A stretch of 64,000 bases of DNA, taken from sequence record SRR31156797_3857. One strand, given 5' to 3'. The notes below the pieces were generated by a model that did not search any database, was not told the origin of the DNA, and worked only from the letters and a program-made list of their open reading frames with translations. Position numbers and translations under genes: made by a program. Shown here piece after piece: positions 10,419 to 20,918 of the stretch. How positions within the stretch are numbered: the stretch's first letter is position 1; each line of letters opens with the position of its first letter.

Positions 10419-11813
10419 ATGTTACGTAAAGTTAAATACTCGACGGTGGCGCTGTGCGTATTACTAACTGCCGGTTGCGTTACTCGTTCTGAGTTTCCAG
10501 AACCTGAAGTGCAAGTACCCCAAGCTTGGCAATCAACCGAGCAACAACAAGCGTCACCGACAATTCAGCGTTGGTGGACAAGCTTCAATGACCAGCGGCT
10601 AAATCAGCTTATTGATCGAGTTCTCACAACCAACAGTGATTTAGCGCTCGCAACGTTAACGCTTAAACAGGCGCGTTTGGAAGCGAATCTGGCAGGACGC
10701 GACCTCTACCCTGATTTATCGGGTAGTGTTTCTGCCGATAGCTCTCGCTATCTCGATAGTGGTGTGAGTAGCGAATCATACCAAACGGGGCTATCTGTCA
10801 GTTATGAATTGGATTTGTGGGGTAAGCTATCAGCCGCCGCCGATGAAAGTGAATGGGCAGCACTGGCCAGCTTGGAAGAGCGTGAAGCAACCGCACAAAG
10901 CCTTGTTGCAACGACCGCTCAGCTCTATTGGCAAATTGGTTACCTGAATCAACGCATAGAATTGAGCAACAATGACATTTCCGATGCGCAGGACACACTA
11001 AATCAGGCTCAAAGTCAGTTCAGAAACGGCTCTGTTACCCGTTTAAATGTACTAGAAGCTGAACGAACCCTTGCAGGGTTGGAAGCCACCCATCGCGACT
11101 ATTTGCAACAGCTTACGGAAGCGCAAAACGCGTTTGCTATTTTGTTCGATCAGGCTCCGCAACAAATGATAAAAGAGATTAAAGCGCTACCTGAAGGTGA
11201 ACTCCCGGAAATTGCTTCTGGTGTGCCCGCGGATGTATTAAGTCGCCGACCTGATATTAAGCAAGCACTGTATGAACTTAAATCAACTTTTGCCGCGAAA
11301 GACTCCGCTGATGCCGCTTACTTCCCTACTCTGACTTTGACCGGAGCATTAGGCGGTTCTTCAGAGCAGTTGCGTAATTTACTGAGTGACCCTTTAGGTT
11401 CCATTGGTGCTGACTTGACCATGCCATTCCTGAACTGGAACACCATGCAAATAAATCAAGACATTGCGCAGGTTAAGTATGAGTCATCGATCATTTCTTA
11501 CCGTCAGGCTTTGTATACCGCCTTTCAAGACGTGAACAACGCACTTTCTGCCCGAGAGAATTATCAGTTTCAGGAGCAGAAACTCAAACAACAATACGAC
11601 AGCGCAGCAGAAGCCGCACGTATCTATACGAGCCAATACAAATATGGTGCGATTGATATTACGGCCTTGTTAGATGCTCAAGATAATGAACGCAGTGCGA
11701 AAGCATCATTGCTGGAAAACCGTTACAACCAGTTGGTTAACCTGACAAAAATCTACCAAAGTCTAGGTGGTGAAGATCTGGTTCCGCTGGAAGCGTCAGA
11801 TCAATCCGAGTAG
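10419..11813 (+). CDS. Outer membrane efflux lipoprotein (NodT/OprM family)
   Basis: Lipobox LTAGC, SYELDLWG and RRPDI motifs; third gene of the mac operon. Confidence 0.9.
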   Translation: MLRKVKYSTVALCVLLTAGCVTRSEFPEPEVQVPQAWQSTEQQQASPTIQRWWTSFNDQRLNQLIDRVLTTNSDLALATLTLKQARLEANLAGRDLYPDLSGSVSADSSRYLDSGVSSESYQTGLSVSYELDLWGKLSAAADESEWAALASLEEREATAQSLVATTAQLYWQIGYLNQRIELSNNDISDAQDTLNQAQSQFRNGSVTRLNVLEAERTLAGLEATHRDYLQQLTEAQNAFAILFDQAPQQMIKEIKALPEGELPEIASGVPADVLSRRPDIKQALYELKSTFAAKDSADAAYFPTLTLTGALGGSSEQLRNLLSDPLGSIGADLTMPFLNWNTMQINQDIAQVKYESSIISYRQALYTAFQDVNNALSARENYQFQEQKLKQQYDSAAEAARIYTSQYKYGAIDITALLDAQDNERSAKASLLENRYNQLVNLTKIYQSLGGEDLVPLEASDQSE

Positions 11814-11820
11814 TAAATAC

Positions 11821-11848
11821 AAATAGCACCGCCAAGGCGGTGCTATTT
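11821..11848. terminator. Hairpin terminator between convergent OMF gene and fdhD
   Basis: AAATAGCACCGCC/GGCGGTGCTATTT perfect inverted repeat. Confidence 0.8.
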
Positions 11849-11854
11849 CAAAAG

Positions 11855-12685
11855 CTATGGTGCCGGACTGTATAGCCGTGGAGAGCTGCTTTTTGGCAAA
11901 TGAATCAAGTTTAGGTTGTTTCGTCTCGCCCATTCCACCGTCAATGCCGTTGGTGCAGAAAGGCAGACTAACGTGGCGATTTTTGAACGGACGGCCTTGT
12001 GGATTAATTCCAAACTGCAACGGCTTGTGACCACAGCAAAACCTTGCTTAGGATCGATATCGTTATTTGCCATCGCCCCTATCAGTTTATCTAGCGCGTT
12101 GTGACGACCAATGTCTTCGCGACAAAGCATCACGTCTCCTTTGGGACTGAAAAATAGTGCAGCATGCAAAGCCCCTGATGACTTTGCCGCTTGCTGATGA
12201 CGAGCTATTTTATCTCTTAACCCTTGGAAAACCAGTGCGCTTGGAGGTAAAGCAGGATTAAGAGGTTGTAAGTCTGGCAATGCTTGCTCCAACGCCTCTA
12301 CCCCACATATGCCACACCCCGTCGTTCCAGCGAGATTGCGCCTTTGCTTCTTCAGCTGCCAAAATGCACGGTTATTGATTTCGACTTCTGCATAATGCGA
12401 TTCACCATCACCCAGAACATCGATATCTCTTATCTCGCCAAAACTCTCAACAATGCCTGATGTTAAGCTGAACCCTCGCACAAAATCTTCAAAATGGCCC
12501 GGAGTGACCATCATAACCGCATGACTAATGCCGTTATAACTGATAGCCAGAGCAGATTCGCTGGCTAAAGGCGTTTCCAAAGTGCAGTTTTCGCCGGTCA
12601 TTTCCCGATATTTCACCGCCGCAGGCATTGGTGGTGTCTGATTGTAATCATCAAGCTCGTAATGTGGACTGATTGTGCAGTTCAT
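11855..12685 (-). CDS. fdhD: Formate dehydrogenase accessory sulfurtransferase
   Basis: GCGICG and REDIGRHNALDKLIG motifs. Confidence 0.93.
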   Translation of the reverse strand: MNCTISPHYELDDYNQTPPMPAAVKYREMTGENCTLETPLASESALAISYNGISHAVMMVTPGHFEDFVRGFSLTSGIVESFGEIRDIDVLGDGESHYAEVEINNRAFWQLKKQRRNLAGTTGCGICGVEALEQALPDLQPLNPALPPSALVFQGLRDKIARHQQAAKSSGALHAALFFSPKGDVMLCREDIGRHNALDKLIGAMANNDIDPKQGFAVVTSRCSLELIHKAVRSKIATLVCLSAPTALTVEWARRNNLNLIHLPKSSSPRLYSPAP

Positions 12686-12694
12686 AGTTTTACC

Positions 12695-13576
12695 CTAGCT
12701 AAAGAGATTTTTTGCTTCCGCAAAACACTGGTCAACCAGGGCCGATGATGGCTCCTGTTTGCGTTTCAACAACACTAACGGCGAATGAACCACCGCTTTT
12801 TCTATCGGAACAATCCGCAGTTGCTCGTTTAACTCAGCCAAACCTGAGTTAAGCGGCATAATCGCGCAGCATAAGCCCGCGTTTACCGCCTGAATCAAAT
12901 GGAAGGTTGAATTGCTTTCAATAACCGTTTGTGGAACTAACCCTTTACTACCGAAACTTAAATCAATTGAGTGACGGTAATGCATTCCTTTTGATAGCAA
13001 TCCTAGCGGTATATTGTTTAAAGCTTCCCATGCAATTTCAGACTCAGTGAACGCAAAAAAACGGCTGTCATACAAAACCCCTAAATCCGTCGAGTTCATT
13101 TTTAGCACGTCAAAATATGCCGTATTAACCTGATCGGTGTAACACATGCCTAAATCAAGCTGGTTACGATTGAGCTGGTCTATGATCTGTTCTGATGTCA
13201 TTGATAGAATTTCAAAACGTAACTCAGGAAACAAATCTGCTAAGGGTTTGATCAATTGCATCGGATTTTGGCTGGCTAATGGGACCATACCCAAACGCAG
13301 TGAGCCGACTAACTGACCTCGACAATTTGCCGCTTCCGCCTGAAGTCCATCATGGGCGGCGAGAACCGTTTTTGCCCAAGCGAGAATACGTTCTCCCGCT
13401 TCGGTAAACCCTTCAAAACGTTGACTTCTGGTAATTAATTCAAGATCGAGCTCTTCTTCCAACCGTCTTATTCGCATTGAAAGCGTCGGCTGAGTAATGT
13501 GACAAAGCGCAGCGGCTTGACCAAAATGTTTTGTCTGATCAAGTGCAATTAAATACTTCAGTTGTTTTATATCCAT
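12695..13576 (-). CDS. LysR family transcriptional regulator
   Basis: N-terminal HTH (HFGQAAALCHITQPTLSMRIRRLEEEL); 293 aa. Confidence 0.93.
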   Translation of the reverse strand: MDIKQLKYLIALDQTKHFGQAAALCHITQPTLSMRIRRLEEELDLELITRSQRFEGFTEAGERILAWAKTVLAAHDGLQAEAANCRGQLVGSLRLGMVPLASQNPMQLIKPLADLFPELRFEILSMTSEQIIDQLNRNQLDLGMCYTDQVNTAYFDVLKMNSTDLGVLYDSRFFAFTESEIAWEALNNIPLGLLSKGMHYRHSIDLSFGSKGLVPQTVIESNSTFHLIQAVNAGLCCAIMPLNSGLAELNEQLRIVPIEKAVVHSPLVLLKRKQEPSSALVDQCFAEAKNLFS

Positions 13577-13654
13577 GACCCGACTACGCTGATTTTACTT
13601 CTATTTAGAGCGTTTCATATCAAGCTGATACTTGAGACTAAAACCGCCAATTAA

Positions 13655-13668
13655 TTGATCTAAATCAA
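13655..13668. promoter_or_regulatory. FNR box (LysR-fdhD side)
   Basis: TTGATCTAAATCAA is a perfect TTGAT-N4-ATCAA. Confidence 0.7.
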
Positions 13669-13714
13669 GGCTAATCCTATAGAATCATGTGGTCAAATTT
13701 AAAATATCTATAGT

Positions 13715-13735
13715 GTGATAGATAGCAACTATCAC
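13715..13735. promoter_or_regulatory. LysR-type binding site
   Basis: GTGATAG-N7-CTATCAC dyad containing T-N11-A; related ATAG-N7-TTAT sites at 13806-13820 and 13841-13855. Confidence 0.6.
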
Positions 13736-13905
13736 CATAAAGCCCGATATTACTCACCTTACTGTTAAAACCGTATAAAACCTATGCATTAAGCTACCAA
13801 TTTTAATAGTTGTTGTTTATCAGCCATTTTCATCTCCATCATAGATTTTATTTATCACTCAGTTGGAAATATCAATTGGACGACTAGCATTTAACGCAAT
13901 AACCT

Positions 13906-13919
13906 TTGATTTAGATCAA
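13906..13919. promoter_or_regulatory. FNR box (FdhF/YdeP side)
   Basis: TTGATTTAGATCAA is a perfect TTGAT-N4-ATCAA. Confidence 0.7.
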
Positions 13920-14149
13920 AACACCATGTTTACCGATCTGCATTTAAAAAATAATAAAAAGCAGTAAGCAGAGATACGTTCCCATATGACTTACGCCAAC
14001 AATGGCCATGTTCAGCGGCGATTGAAGCAAAAGCGTCAGTTTCCTGTGGAGACATTACCCAACCGTTTCACAACTTCCGCATTAATCCATTAACGCGCCT
14101 GTTATTCCGGTCTGCTGTTTGCTGCCATTGCTGGAACGAGGAGTAAGCT

Positions 14150-16474
14150 GTGAGTCAGAAAGAACAAATCAAGCAGTACAATGGTCCTGCAGGTGGTTGG
14201 GGTGCGCTCAAAGCAGTAACCAAAAGTTGGTGGGGAAGCGAAAACGCAGTTAAAAACATTCGTACTATGCTCAAAACCAACCAAAATGGTGGCTTTGATT
14301 GCCCAGGATGCGCCTGGGGGGAATCACCAGAAAGCGGCAAAGTGAACTTTTGTGAAAATGGCGCTAAAGCCGTCAACTGGGAAGCGACCAACCGTTTCGT
14401 CGATCCTGAGTTCTTTGCTAATCACAGCGTTTCATCACTCTCCACTCAAACTGACTACTGGCTTGAGTATCAAGGTCGTATTACTCACCCGATGAAATAC
14501 GATGCGAAAACCGATCACTATGTCCCAGTCGATTGGACCGAAGCATTTGAACTGGTTGCGAAGCATCTTAACCATCTTGACTCCCCTCATCAGGCTGAAT
14601 TCTATACTTCTGGCCGCGCCAGTAACGAGGCGGCCTTCCTTTACCAACTGTTCGTCCGTGCTTTCGGTACCAATAACTTCCCCGATTGTTCCAACATGTG
14701 TCATGAAGCCAGCGCAATTGGTATGAAGGATACAGTGGGTGTAGGTAAGGGCACCGTTATCTTTGATGACTTAGAGAAAGCCGATGCCATTTTCGTTATT
14801 GGTCAAAACCCGGGCACCAATCATCCTCGCATGTTAGAGCCGCTGCGCGATGCGGTAAAACGCGGTGCGCAGGTGATCTGTATTAACCCACTAAAAGAGC
14901 GTGGCCTCGAGCGTTTCCAAAATCCACAAGTGCCAATCGAAATGCTGAAGAATGGCTCTAAACCAACTAATACCGGCTTCCTCAGACCCGCTTTAGGCGG
15001 CGATATGGCGGTATTTCGTGGCATCGCTAAGTTTCTGCTGCAGTGGGAACGTGAAGCTTTAGAGAACGATACTGAAGCCGTGTTTGATCGTGATTTCATT
15101 CAACAGCACACCATTGGTATCGACGAATATTTAACTGAAGTTGATGCGACCTCGTGGGACCATATCGCAGAGCAATCTGGGTTAGATCTGAGTGAAATTG
15201 AAGCTGTCGCTGATACTTACCGCCATTCAGAACGTGTCATCATGTGCTGGGCAATGGGTCTGACACAGCACAAACACTCCGTTCCAACAATCAAAGAAGT
15301 GGCGAACGTGCAAATGTTACGTGGCAATGTTGGCAAACCGGGAGCTGGGCTATCCCCCGTTCGAGGCCACAGTAATGTTCAGGGCGACCGAACGATGGGT
15401 ATTGATGAAAAACCATCAGACGCCTTACTCAATAGTATTCAACGCCGCTTTAAGTTCGATGTACCACGTGAAGTTGGTCATAATACGGTTCAAGCGATTA
15501 AAGCGATGGAAGAGCACCGTTCCAAAGTCTTCATTGGCTTAGGGGGTAACTTTGCACAAGCAACACCGGATACAGAACGCACTCATAACGCGATGAGAAA
15601 TTGTGACTTAACCGTTCACATTTCCACCAAGCTTAACCGCTCTCATCTGGTGACAGGAAAAGACGCGCTGATCCTACCCTGTTTAGGGCGCACTGAAATT
15701 GACCATCAAGCATCCGGGCCTCAAGGGGTCACCGTCGAGGATACCTTTAGCATGGTGCATATCTCTTATGGTCAACTTAAACCTCGTTCAGAACATTTGC
15801 GTTCAGAGCCAGCGATTATTGCCGGTATTGCTCAGGCCACACTGGGAAGCCATCCGATTGACTGGAACTGGGCTATCGAAGATTACAGCCGGATTCGCGA
15901 TTTGATTGCAGAGACCATTCCAGGGTTTACTGATTTTAACAAAAAGCTGCGTAATCCTGGCGGGTTCCATTTAGTCAATCCAGCAGCACAACGTCAGTGG
16001 AACACAGCAAGTGGCAAAGCTCAATTTGGCTCTAGTGCCTTACCGAAACAACTTATCAACCAGAGCTTATTGGAAAACGGCGACAAACCAGATCTCATTC
16101 TGCAGACCATGCGTTCGCACGACCAGTACAACACAACACTTTATGGATTAAATGACCGCTATAGAGGCGTATTTGGTATGCGTGAAGTGCTGTTTATCAA
16201 TCAAGAAGATATTGAAAAACTGGGATTTGAAAATGGCGATCAAGTGGATATGGTTTCGCTATGGGAGGATGGCGTTAAGCGCAAAGTAAAAGGCTTTACC
16301 TTAGTCGCGTATGACATTCCCAAAGGTCAAGCAGCAGCTTATTACCCAGAAACCAACCCTTTAGTACCTTTAGATAGCTATGGCGAAAGAACCTTTACGC
16401 CAACGTCTAAATTCATTGCTATTAAACTGGAGAAATCCACTTCTGAGATGATAAAACTAGAAGAAGTTAATTAG
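14150..16474 (+). CDS. FdhF/YdeP family molybdopterin oxidoreductase
   Basis: GFDCPGCAW, FCENGAKA, NNFPDCSNMCHE, RGHSNVQGDRT and RSHDQYNTT motifs; GTG start with GAGGAG RBS. Confidence 0.92.
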   Translation: MSQKEQIKQYNGPAGGWGALKAVTKSWWGSENAVKNIRTMLKTNQNGGFDCPGCAWGESPESGKVNFCENGAKAVNWEATNRFVDPEFFANHSVSSLSTQTDYWLEYQGRITHPMKYDAKTDHYVPVDWTEAFELVAKHLNHLDSPHQAEFYTSGRASNEAAFLYQLFVRAFGTNNFPDCSNMCHEASAIGMKDTVGVGKGTVIFDDLEKADAIFVIGQNPGTNHPRMLEPLRDAVKRGAQVICINPLKERGLERFQNPQVPIEMLKNGSKPTNTGFLRPALGGDMAVFRGIAKFLLQWEREALENDTEAVFDRDFIQQHTIGIDEYLTEVDATSWDHIAEQSGLDLSEIEAVADTYRHSERVIMCWAMGLTQHKHSVPTIKEVANVQMLRGNVGKPGAGLSPVRGHSNVQGDRTMGIDEKPSDALLNSIQRRFKFDVPREVGHNTVQAIKAMEEHRSKVFIGLGGNFAQATPDTERTHNAMRNCDLTVHISTKLNRSHLVTGKDALILPCLGRTEIDHQASGPQGVTVEDTFSMVHISYGQLKPRSEHLRSEPAIIAGIAQATLGSHPIDWNWAIEDYSRIRDLIAETIPGFTDFNKKLRNPGGFHLVNPAAQRQWNTASGKAQFGSSALPKQLINQSLLENGDKPDLILQTMRSHDQYNTTLYGLNDRYRGVFGMREVLFINQEDIEKLGFENGDQVDMVSLWEDGVKRKVKGFTLVAYDIPKGQAAAYYPETNPLVPLDSYGERTFTPTSKFIAIKLEKSTSEMIKLEEVN

Positions 16475-16556
16475 TCAGGTACAAAAACAAAGCCACCCTA
16501 TTGGGTGGCCTGAAAATGTTTTAGAAATCCATCCTATTGCGATGGATTTTTTCATT

Positions 16557-16919
16557 CTACAAACCCGTATAAATACAGCCGGCAGTGCAAGTTTCTTTAA
16601 TTTCTACTTTGCTTAATAGAGGCAGCGTTGGTTTTAGTTGTTGCCAGATCCATTTCGCCAGCACTTCACTGGTTGGATTCTCTAAACCTTCGATATCATT
16701 TAAGTAGTAATGATCTAAACGATCGTAAATCGGTTTGAACGCGGCTTTAATTTCAGCAAAATCAATTAACCAGCCAGTATGTGGGTCCACATCACCCGCT
16801 ACGTATAAGCGAACCAAAAATGAATGCCCGTGCAAACGTCCACACTTATGCCCTTCGGGAACATGGGGTAAGTGATGGGCGGCTTCGAACATGAACTCTT
16901 TATAAATCTCGGTTTTCAT
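16557..16919 (-). CDS. queD: 6-carboxy-5,6,7,8-tetrahydropterin synthase
   Basis: [16 protein letters not shown] and ENPTSE motifs. Confidence 0.95.
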   Translation of the reverse strand: MKTEIYKEFMFEAAHHLPHVPEGHKCGRLHGHSFLVRLYVAGDVDPHTGWLIDFAEIKAAFKPIYDRLDHYYLNDIEGLENPTSEVLAKWIWQQLKPTLPLLSKVEIKETCTAGCIYTGL

Positions 16920-17201
16920 CTTGGTGCTCAGGCTGTAAAAAAATGAGGCGCAATAGTAAGTAATCTATGCTAGGGAAACAAGCTCAACTTCTCATTTCCA
17001 GTGCAAATCGCTCCTTGGTTGGCACGATTTCAGTCGACGAAATAATGACATACGCGTCAAAAAAATGAGCACATAAATCTTGTGTCACAATTATAAAATC
17101 CATATTTTGTGTGTGGTCACAGTAACTTAACCGCATGTTTTCTGCTTTATCTCTCAAGGTCTATAGTTAATGAGGATACAATCAATAACTATAAGATTAT
17201 T

Positions 17202-18815
17202 ATGAGCTCAACAATAACGTCCAAACTACTCCTAACTCTGGTGACAGTGTTTGCACTGGTGCTAACCGTGTCGACCCTGTACCAATCGGTACAGCAGCGG
17301 GATTTAATCAACTCCGTGCTGGGCGAGCAATTACATGATAAAGCCAGTAACTACTTTGACAGCCTCAACATGATGATGCTGACCGGTACAATGGCGCAGA
17401 AAGAGACATTACGCCAGAAAGCGCTAGCACAAGATGGAATCGAGCAAGTACGAGTACTTCGCGCAGATTCTGTAAGCAAGCTATACGGCCCCGGGCAGGA
17501 CAACCAAACACCGGTCGATGATATCGATAAGCGAGCACTCAACGGCGAATTTATTCTTGAGCCGTTCGACGCCGAATGGGGTAAAGGTATTGTTGTTGCC
17601 CTCCCGATGAAATCAAGCGAAAACTATCGCGGTACAAACTGTGTGGCTTGTCATATGGCTCCTGAAGGTGAAGTGCTTGGCGTTATCCGCCTTGAATACA
17701 ACCTTAGCCATATCAATAGCCTAATCACTCACCGTACTTGGATCGGCGTGAGTATTATGGCTGTGATTGCATTAGTTGGCTTTCTTATTACCCTGATGTT
17801 GATTCGCAAAATAATTGTTCGCCCTATCCAAAAGACGTCGCAATTTATGCGGGAAGTGAGTGAGAGCAAAAACCTTTCACAAAGAATGACGAACACCAAA
17901 AAAGATGAGTTAGGTCAGCTCGCGAGCTCGATCAATTCTCTGATGGATACCGTTTCTACCAGTTTACAACAGGTGCAAACCACATCTCACTCCCTTGCCA
18001 CTTCTGCCAATCAACTGACTGATGTGGCTCAAGTGACTGATCAAGCTGCGGATAATCAGCAAAAAGAGACCACTGAAGTACAATACAACATCGAAGACAT
18101 GCAAAACAAGCAGAGTCAGGTAGAACAAGCCACTATCGATGCTTCTTCGTTAGTAAAACACACGACTGACGTGGCAAAACAGAGTGCATCACAGGCGCAT
18201 TCAGCCAGTGAAGATATCAAAAAATTGGTTGGTGACATTGAAGATGTGAAGCATAAGATCGCCCAACTTAACGCTCAGACCGGTGAAGTGTCTACAATAT
18301 TAGAGGTAATTAAAGGTATTGCGGAACAAACTAACTTGTTAGCGCTCAATGCGGCCATTGAAGCGGCTCGCGCAGGTGAGCAAGGACGTGGATTCGCGGT
18401 GGTAGCAGATGAAGTTCGAAACCTTGCCTCTCGTACTGCTGAAGCGACAGGCAATATTGAAAAAATCATCGAGCAGTTCCAAGTCGAAAGCCAAACCTCG
18501 ATGGCTTCCGTCGATAGCGTTTGTTCAGAAGCGCACACGCGCTCAAATGAAATTGAGCAGTTGTCATCTGCTATGACCAATGTGGTTGGAGAGATGGCTC
18601 AAGTACTTAACCACGCGGAAAGTATTCAGCATCAAACTCAGACGACGGCATATGTTAGCCATGAGGTTCAAGGCAAAGTGATGATTATTGCTCAGCATGC
18701 CCAGGATACTTCTCAGTCTGCTACTCAAACGAGAGAAATCAGCCTAAACCTTGAGCAACTATCGCAACAATTAGAAACTTTACTCAATCAATTCACTCTT
18801 CCGCGTAAGAATTGA
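17202..18815 (+). CDS. Methyl-accepting chemotaxis protein with CxxCH-containing periplasmic sensor
   Basis: TM1, periplasmic CVACH, TM2, HAMP and [24 protein letters not shown] at 17202 preferred. Confidence 0.92.
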   Translation: MSSTITSKLLLTLVTVFALVLTVSTLYQSVQQRDLINSVLGEQLHDKASNYFDSLNMMMLTGTMAQKETLRQKALAQDGIEQVRVLRADSVSKLYGPGQDNQTPVDDIDKRALNGEFILEPFDAEWGKGIVVALPMKSSENYRGTNCVACHMAPEGEVLGVIRLEYNLSHINSLITHRTWIGVSIMAVIALVGFLITLMLIRKIIVRPIQKTSQFMREVSESKNLSQRMTNTKKDELGQLASSINSLMDTVSTSLQQVQTTSHSLATSANQLTDVAQVTDQAADNQQKETTEVQYNIEDMQNKQSQVEQATIDASSLVKHTTDVAKQSASQAHSASEDIKKLVGDIEDVKHKIAQLNAQTGEVSTILEVIKGIAEQTNLLALNAAIEAARAGEQGRGFAVVADEVRNLASRTAEATGNIEKIIEQFQVESQTSMASVDSVCSEAHTRSNEIEQLSSAMTNVVGEMAQVLNHAESIQHQTQTTAYVSHEVQGKVMIIAQHAQDTSQSATQTREISLNLEQLSQQLETLLNQFTLPRKN

Positions 18816-18980
18816 CCACTAAAGTAAGATAAAAGGTTGATGCTTCAGAATTGACAGGTAATATGTCCCGTTGAATCGATAAAATTCAATCCAACCCGAT
18901 GTTTCGTCTATTTTTTAAACAATAATGATGAACAAATTACATCGGGTTGAATGTTTACCTCAATGGAGACTATACCAAAC

Positions 18981-20381
18981 ATGACTTACGCGCCTGTAAC
19001 AGACGTACTTGGCGGCAAGCTAGCAGTAGACAGTGAAGTCACTGTACGCGGCTGGATCCGTTCACGTCGTGATTCCAAAGCTGGAATCTCTTTCCTTGCC
19101 ATTTATGACGGCTCTTGTTTCGACCCGATTCAGGCCGTGGTCCCTAATAATCTTAATAATTACGAAGACGAAGTATTAAAGCTAACCACTGGCTGCTCTG
19201 TTGAAGTAACAGGTAAGATTGTTGAGTCTCCAGCGAAAGGTCAAGACTTTGAGCTTGCTGCAACTGACGTTAAAGTCGTTGGTTGGGTTGAAGATGCAGA
19301 TACGTACCCGATGGCGAAAACTCGTCACTCTATCGAGTACCTTCGTGAAGTTGCGCACCTTCGCCCACGCACTAACGTGATCGGCGCAGTCGCTCGTGTT
19401 CGTAACTGTCTTTCTCAAGCAATCCACCGCTTCTACCATGAGCAAGGTTACTTTTGGATGTCTGCCCCACTGATTACTGCATCTGATGCAGAAGGTGCAG
19501 GTGAAATGTTCCGAGTTTCAACACTGGATCACGCTAATCTTCCTCTAGATGACAAAGGTAATGTGGATTACAACGAAGATTTCTTCGGTAAAGAGACATT
19601 CCTAACCGTATCTGGTCAGCTTAACGCTGAAGCCTATGCGTGTGCACTGAGCAAGGTTTACACATTCGGCCCGACTTTCCGTGCTGAAAACTCAAACACT
19701 AGTCGCCACCTGGCAGAATTCTGGATGGTTGAGCCTGAAGTTGCGTTTGCTGAGCTTGATGATGTAGCGAAACTGGCTGAAGACATGCTTAAGTACGTAT
19801 TTAAAGCTGTACTTGAAGAGCGCCGTGATGACCTTGAGTTCTTTGCACAACGCATCGACAAAGAAGCGATCACTCGTCTGGAACAGTTCGTTAAATCTGA
19901 TTTCGCACAAGTAGATTACACTGACGCAATCCAAATCCTTCTAGATTCTGGTCGTGAGTTTGAGTTCCCTGTTGAATGGGGTATCGACATGTCTTCTGAG
20001 CATGAGCGTTTCCTTGCAGAAGAACACTTCAAAGCGCCAGTAATCGTTAAGAACTACCCGAAAGACATCAAAGCATTCTACATGCGTATGAACGACGATG
20101 GTAAAACCGTTGCGGCGATGGACGTTCTTGCTCCGGGTATCGGTGAAATCATTGGTGGTTCTCAACGTGAAGAGCGTTTAGACGTCCTCGATGCACGTAT
20201 GGTTGAGATGGGTATCGACCCTGAGCACATGAGCTGGTACCGCGACCTACGTCGTTACGGTACTGTACCTCACGCAGGTTTCGGCTTAGGCTTTGAACGT
20301 TTGGTTTCTTACGTAACCGGTATGGGTAACGTTCGTGACGTAATTCCATTCCCACGTACTCCACGTAGCGCTAACTTCTAA
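18981..20381 (+). CDS. asnS: Asparagine--tRNA ligase
   Basis: [24 protein letters not shown] and GFGLGFER motifs; ATG at 18981. Confidence 0.97.
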   Translation: MTYAPVTDVLGGKLAVDSEVTVRGWIRSRRDSKAGISFLAIYDGSCFDPIQAVVPNNLNNYEDEVLKLTTGCSVEVTGKIVESPAKGQDFELAATDVKVVGWVEDADTYPMAKTRHSIEYLREVAHLRPRTNVIGAVARVRNCLSQAIHRFYHEQGYFWMSAPLITASDAEGAGEMFRVSTLDHANLPLDDKGNVDYNEDFFGKETFLTVSGQLNAEAYACALSKVYTFGPTFRAENSNTSRHLAEFWMVEPEVAFAELDDVAKLAEDMLKYVFKAVLEERRDDLEFFAQRIDKEAITRLEQFVKSDFAQVDYTDAIQILLDSGREFEFPVEWGIDMSSEHERFLAEEHFKAPVIVKNYPKDIKAFYMRMNDDGKTVAAMDVLAPGIGEIIGGSQREERLDVLDARMVEMGIDPEHMSWYRDLRRYGTVPHAGFGLGFERLVSYVTGMGNVRDVIPFPRTPRSANF

Positions 20382-20407
20382 TAATTAGTCGTAACATTGC
20401 ATGATTT

Positions 20408-20433
20408 AAAACCTCCCAAATGGGAGGTTTTTT
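20408..20433 (+). terminator. Intrinsic terminator after asnS
   Basis: AAAACCTCCC/GGGAGGTTTT stem plus T tract. Confidence 0.88.
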
Positions 20434-20510
20434 ATTGCGACTAACCCTAGCGAATTTCCGTTACATTTATCATACTTAGAGAGTAGAAAAATGTTGGAAG
20501 GGCCCTCACC

Positions 20511-20747
20511 ATGAAAGTATTCAGACTGGAAGACCTCAACTATCGAGGTATGAAAGACGGCGTTCACAGCTGGGATCATCCCGAGGCACCGGATCCTTAC
20601 TACTGGCACCCAGATTGGTTGCACATCGCGGAAGATGCTATTGGCGTATACCCAAAACAAAGCCTTGAGGTCGAAGGTGATGAACCAGCAACAGAACAAG
20701 ACGCAATGAAAGCGATCATTAAACATCTAAACGACAACCAAGAGTGA
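20511..20747 (+). CDS. Small acidic hypothetical protein
   Basis: 78 aa; GGAAGG RBS; W/H/P-rich core; hairpin downstream. Confidence 0.7.
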   Translation: MKVFRLEDLNYRGMKDGVHSWDHPEAPDPYYWHPDWLHIAEDAIGVYPKQSLEVEGDEPATEQDAMKAIIKHLNDNQE

Positions 20748-20850
20748 CGTATTAGTATTTTTTAATGCTCTGCTAAAAGGCCAATAACCTAGGTCATTGG
20801 CCTTTACCATCTGCATTTTTTGAGAGGTATAAACATTTCCCCATCTTTTT

Positions 20851-20867
20851 CTTAAGTTTCCCTTAAG
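20851..20867 (+). promoter_or_regulatory. PmrA/QseB-type direct-repeat box
   Basis: CTTAAG-N5-CTTAAG, with a CACTAT -10-like hexamer 10 nt downstream. Confidence 0.6.
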
Positions 20868-20918
20868 TTAGTTGCTGCACTATGAGCTTCATCCAACACA
20901 GCCACTGAGTACTGGGAA

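Noticed and set aside
13986-14093. 35-codon ORF upstream of the FdhF/YdeP gene (MTYANNGH...)
   Set aside because: Weak RBS and no recognisable features; length is expected by chance
17020-17036. TGGCAC sigma54 -24 element upstream of the MCP
   Set aside because: The required -12 TTGC is absent (CAGT instead)
18861-18950. AAC AAT AAT (three Asn codons) in the asnS leader, suggesting an Asn attenuator peptide
   Set aside because: No in-frame start codon downstream of the predicted promoter; the ATG at 18899 opens a different frame (MFRLFFKQ*) with no Asn
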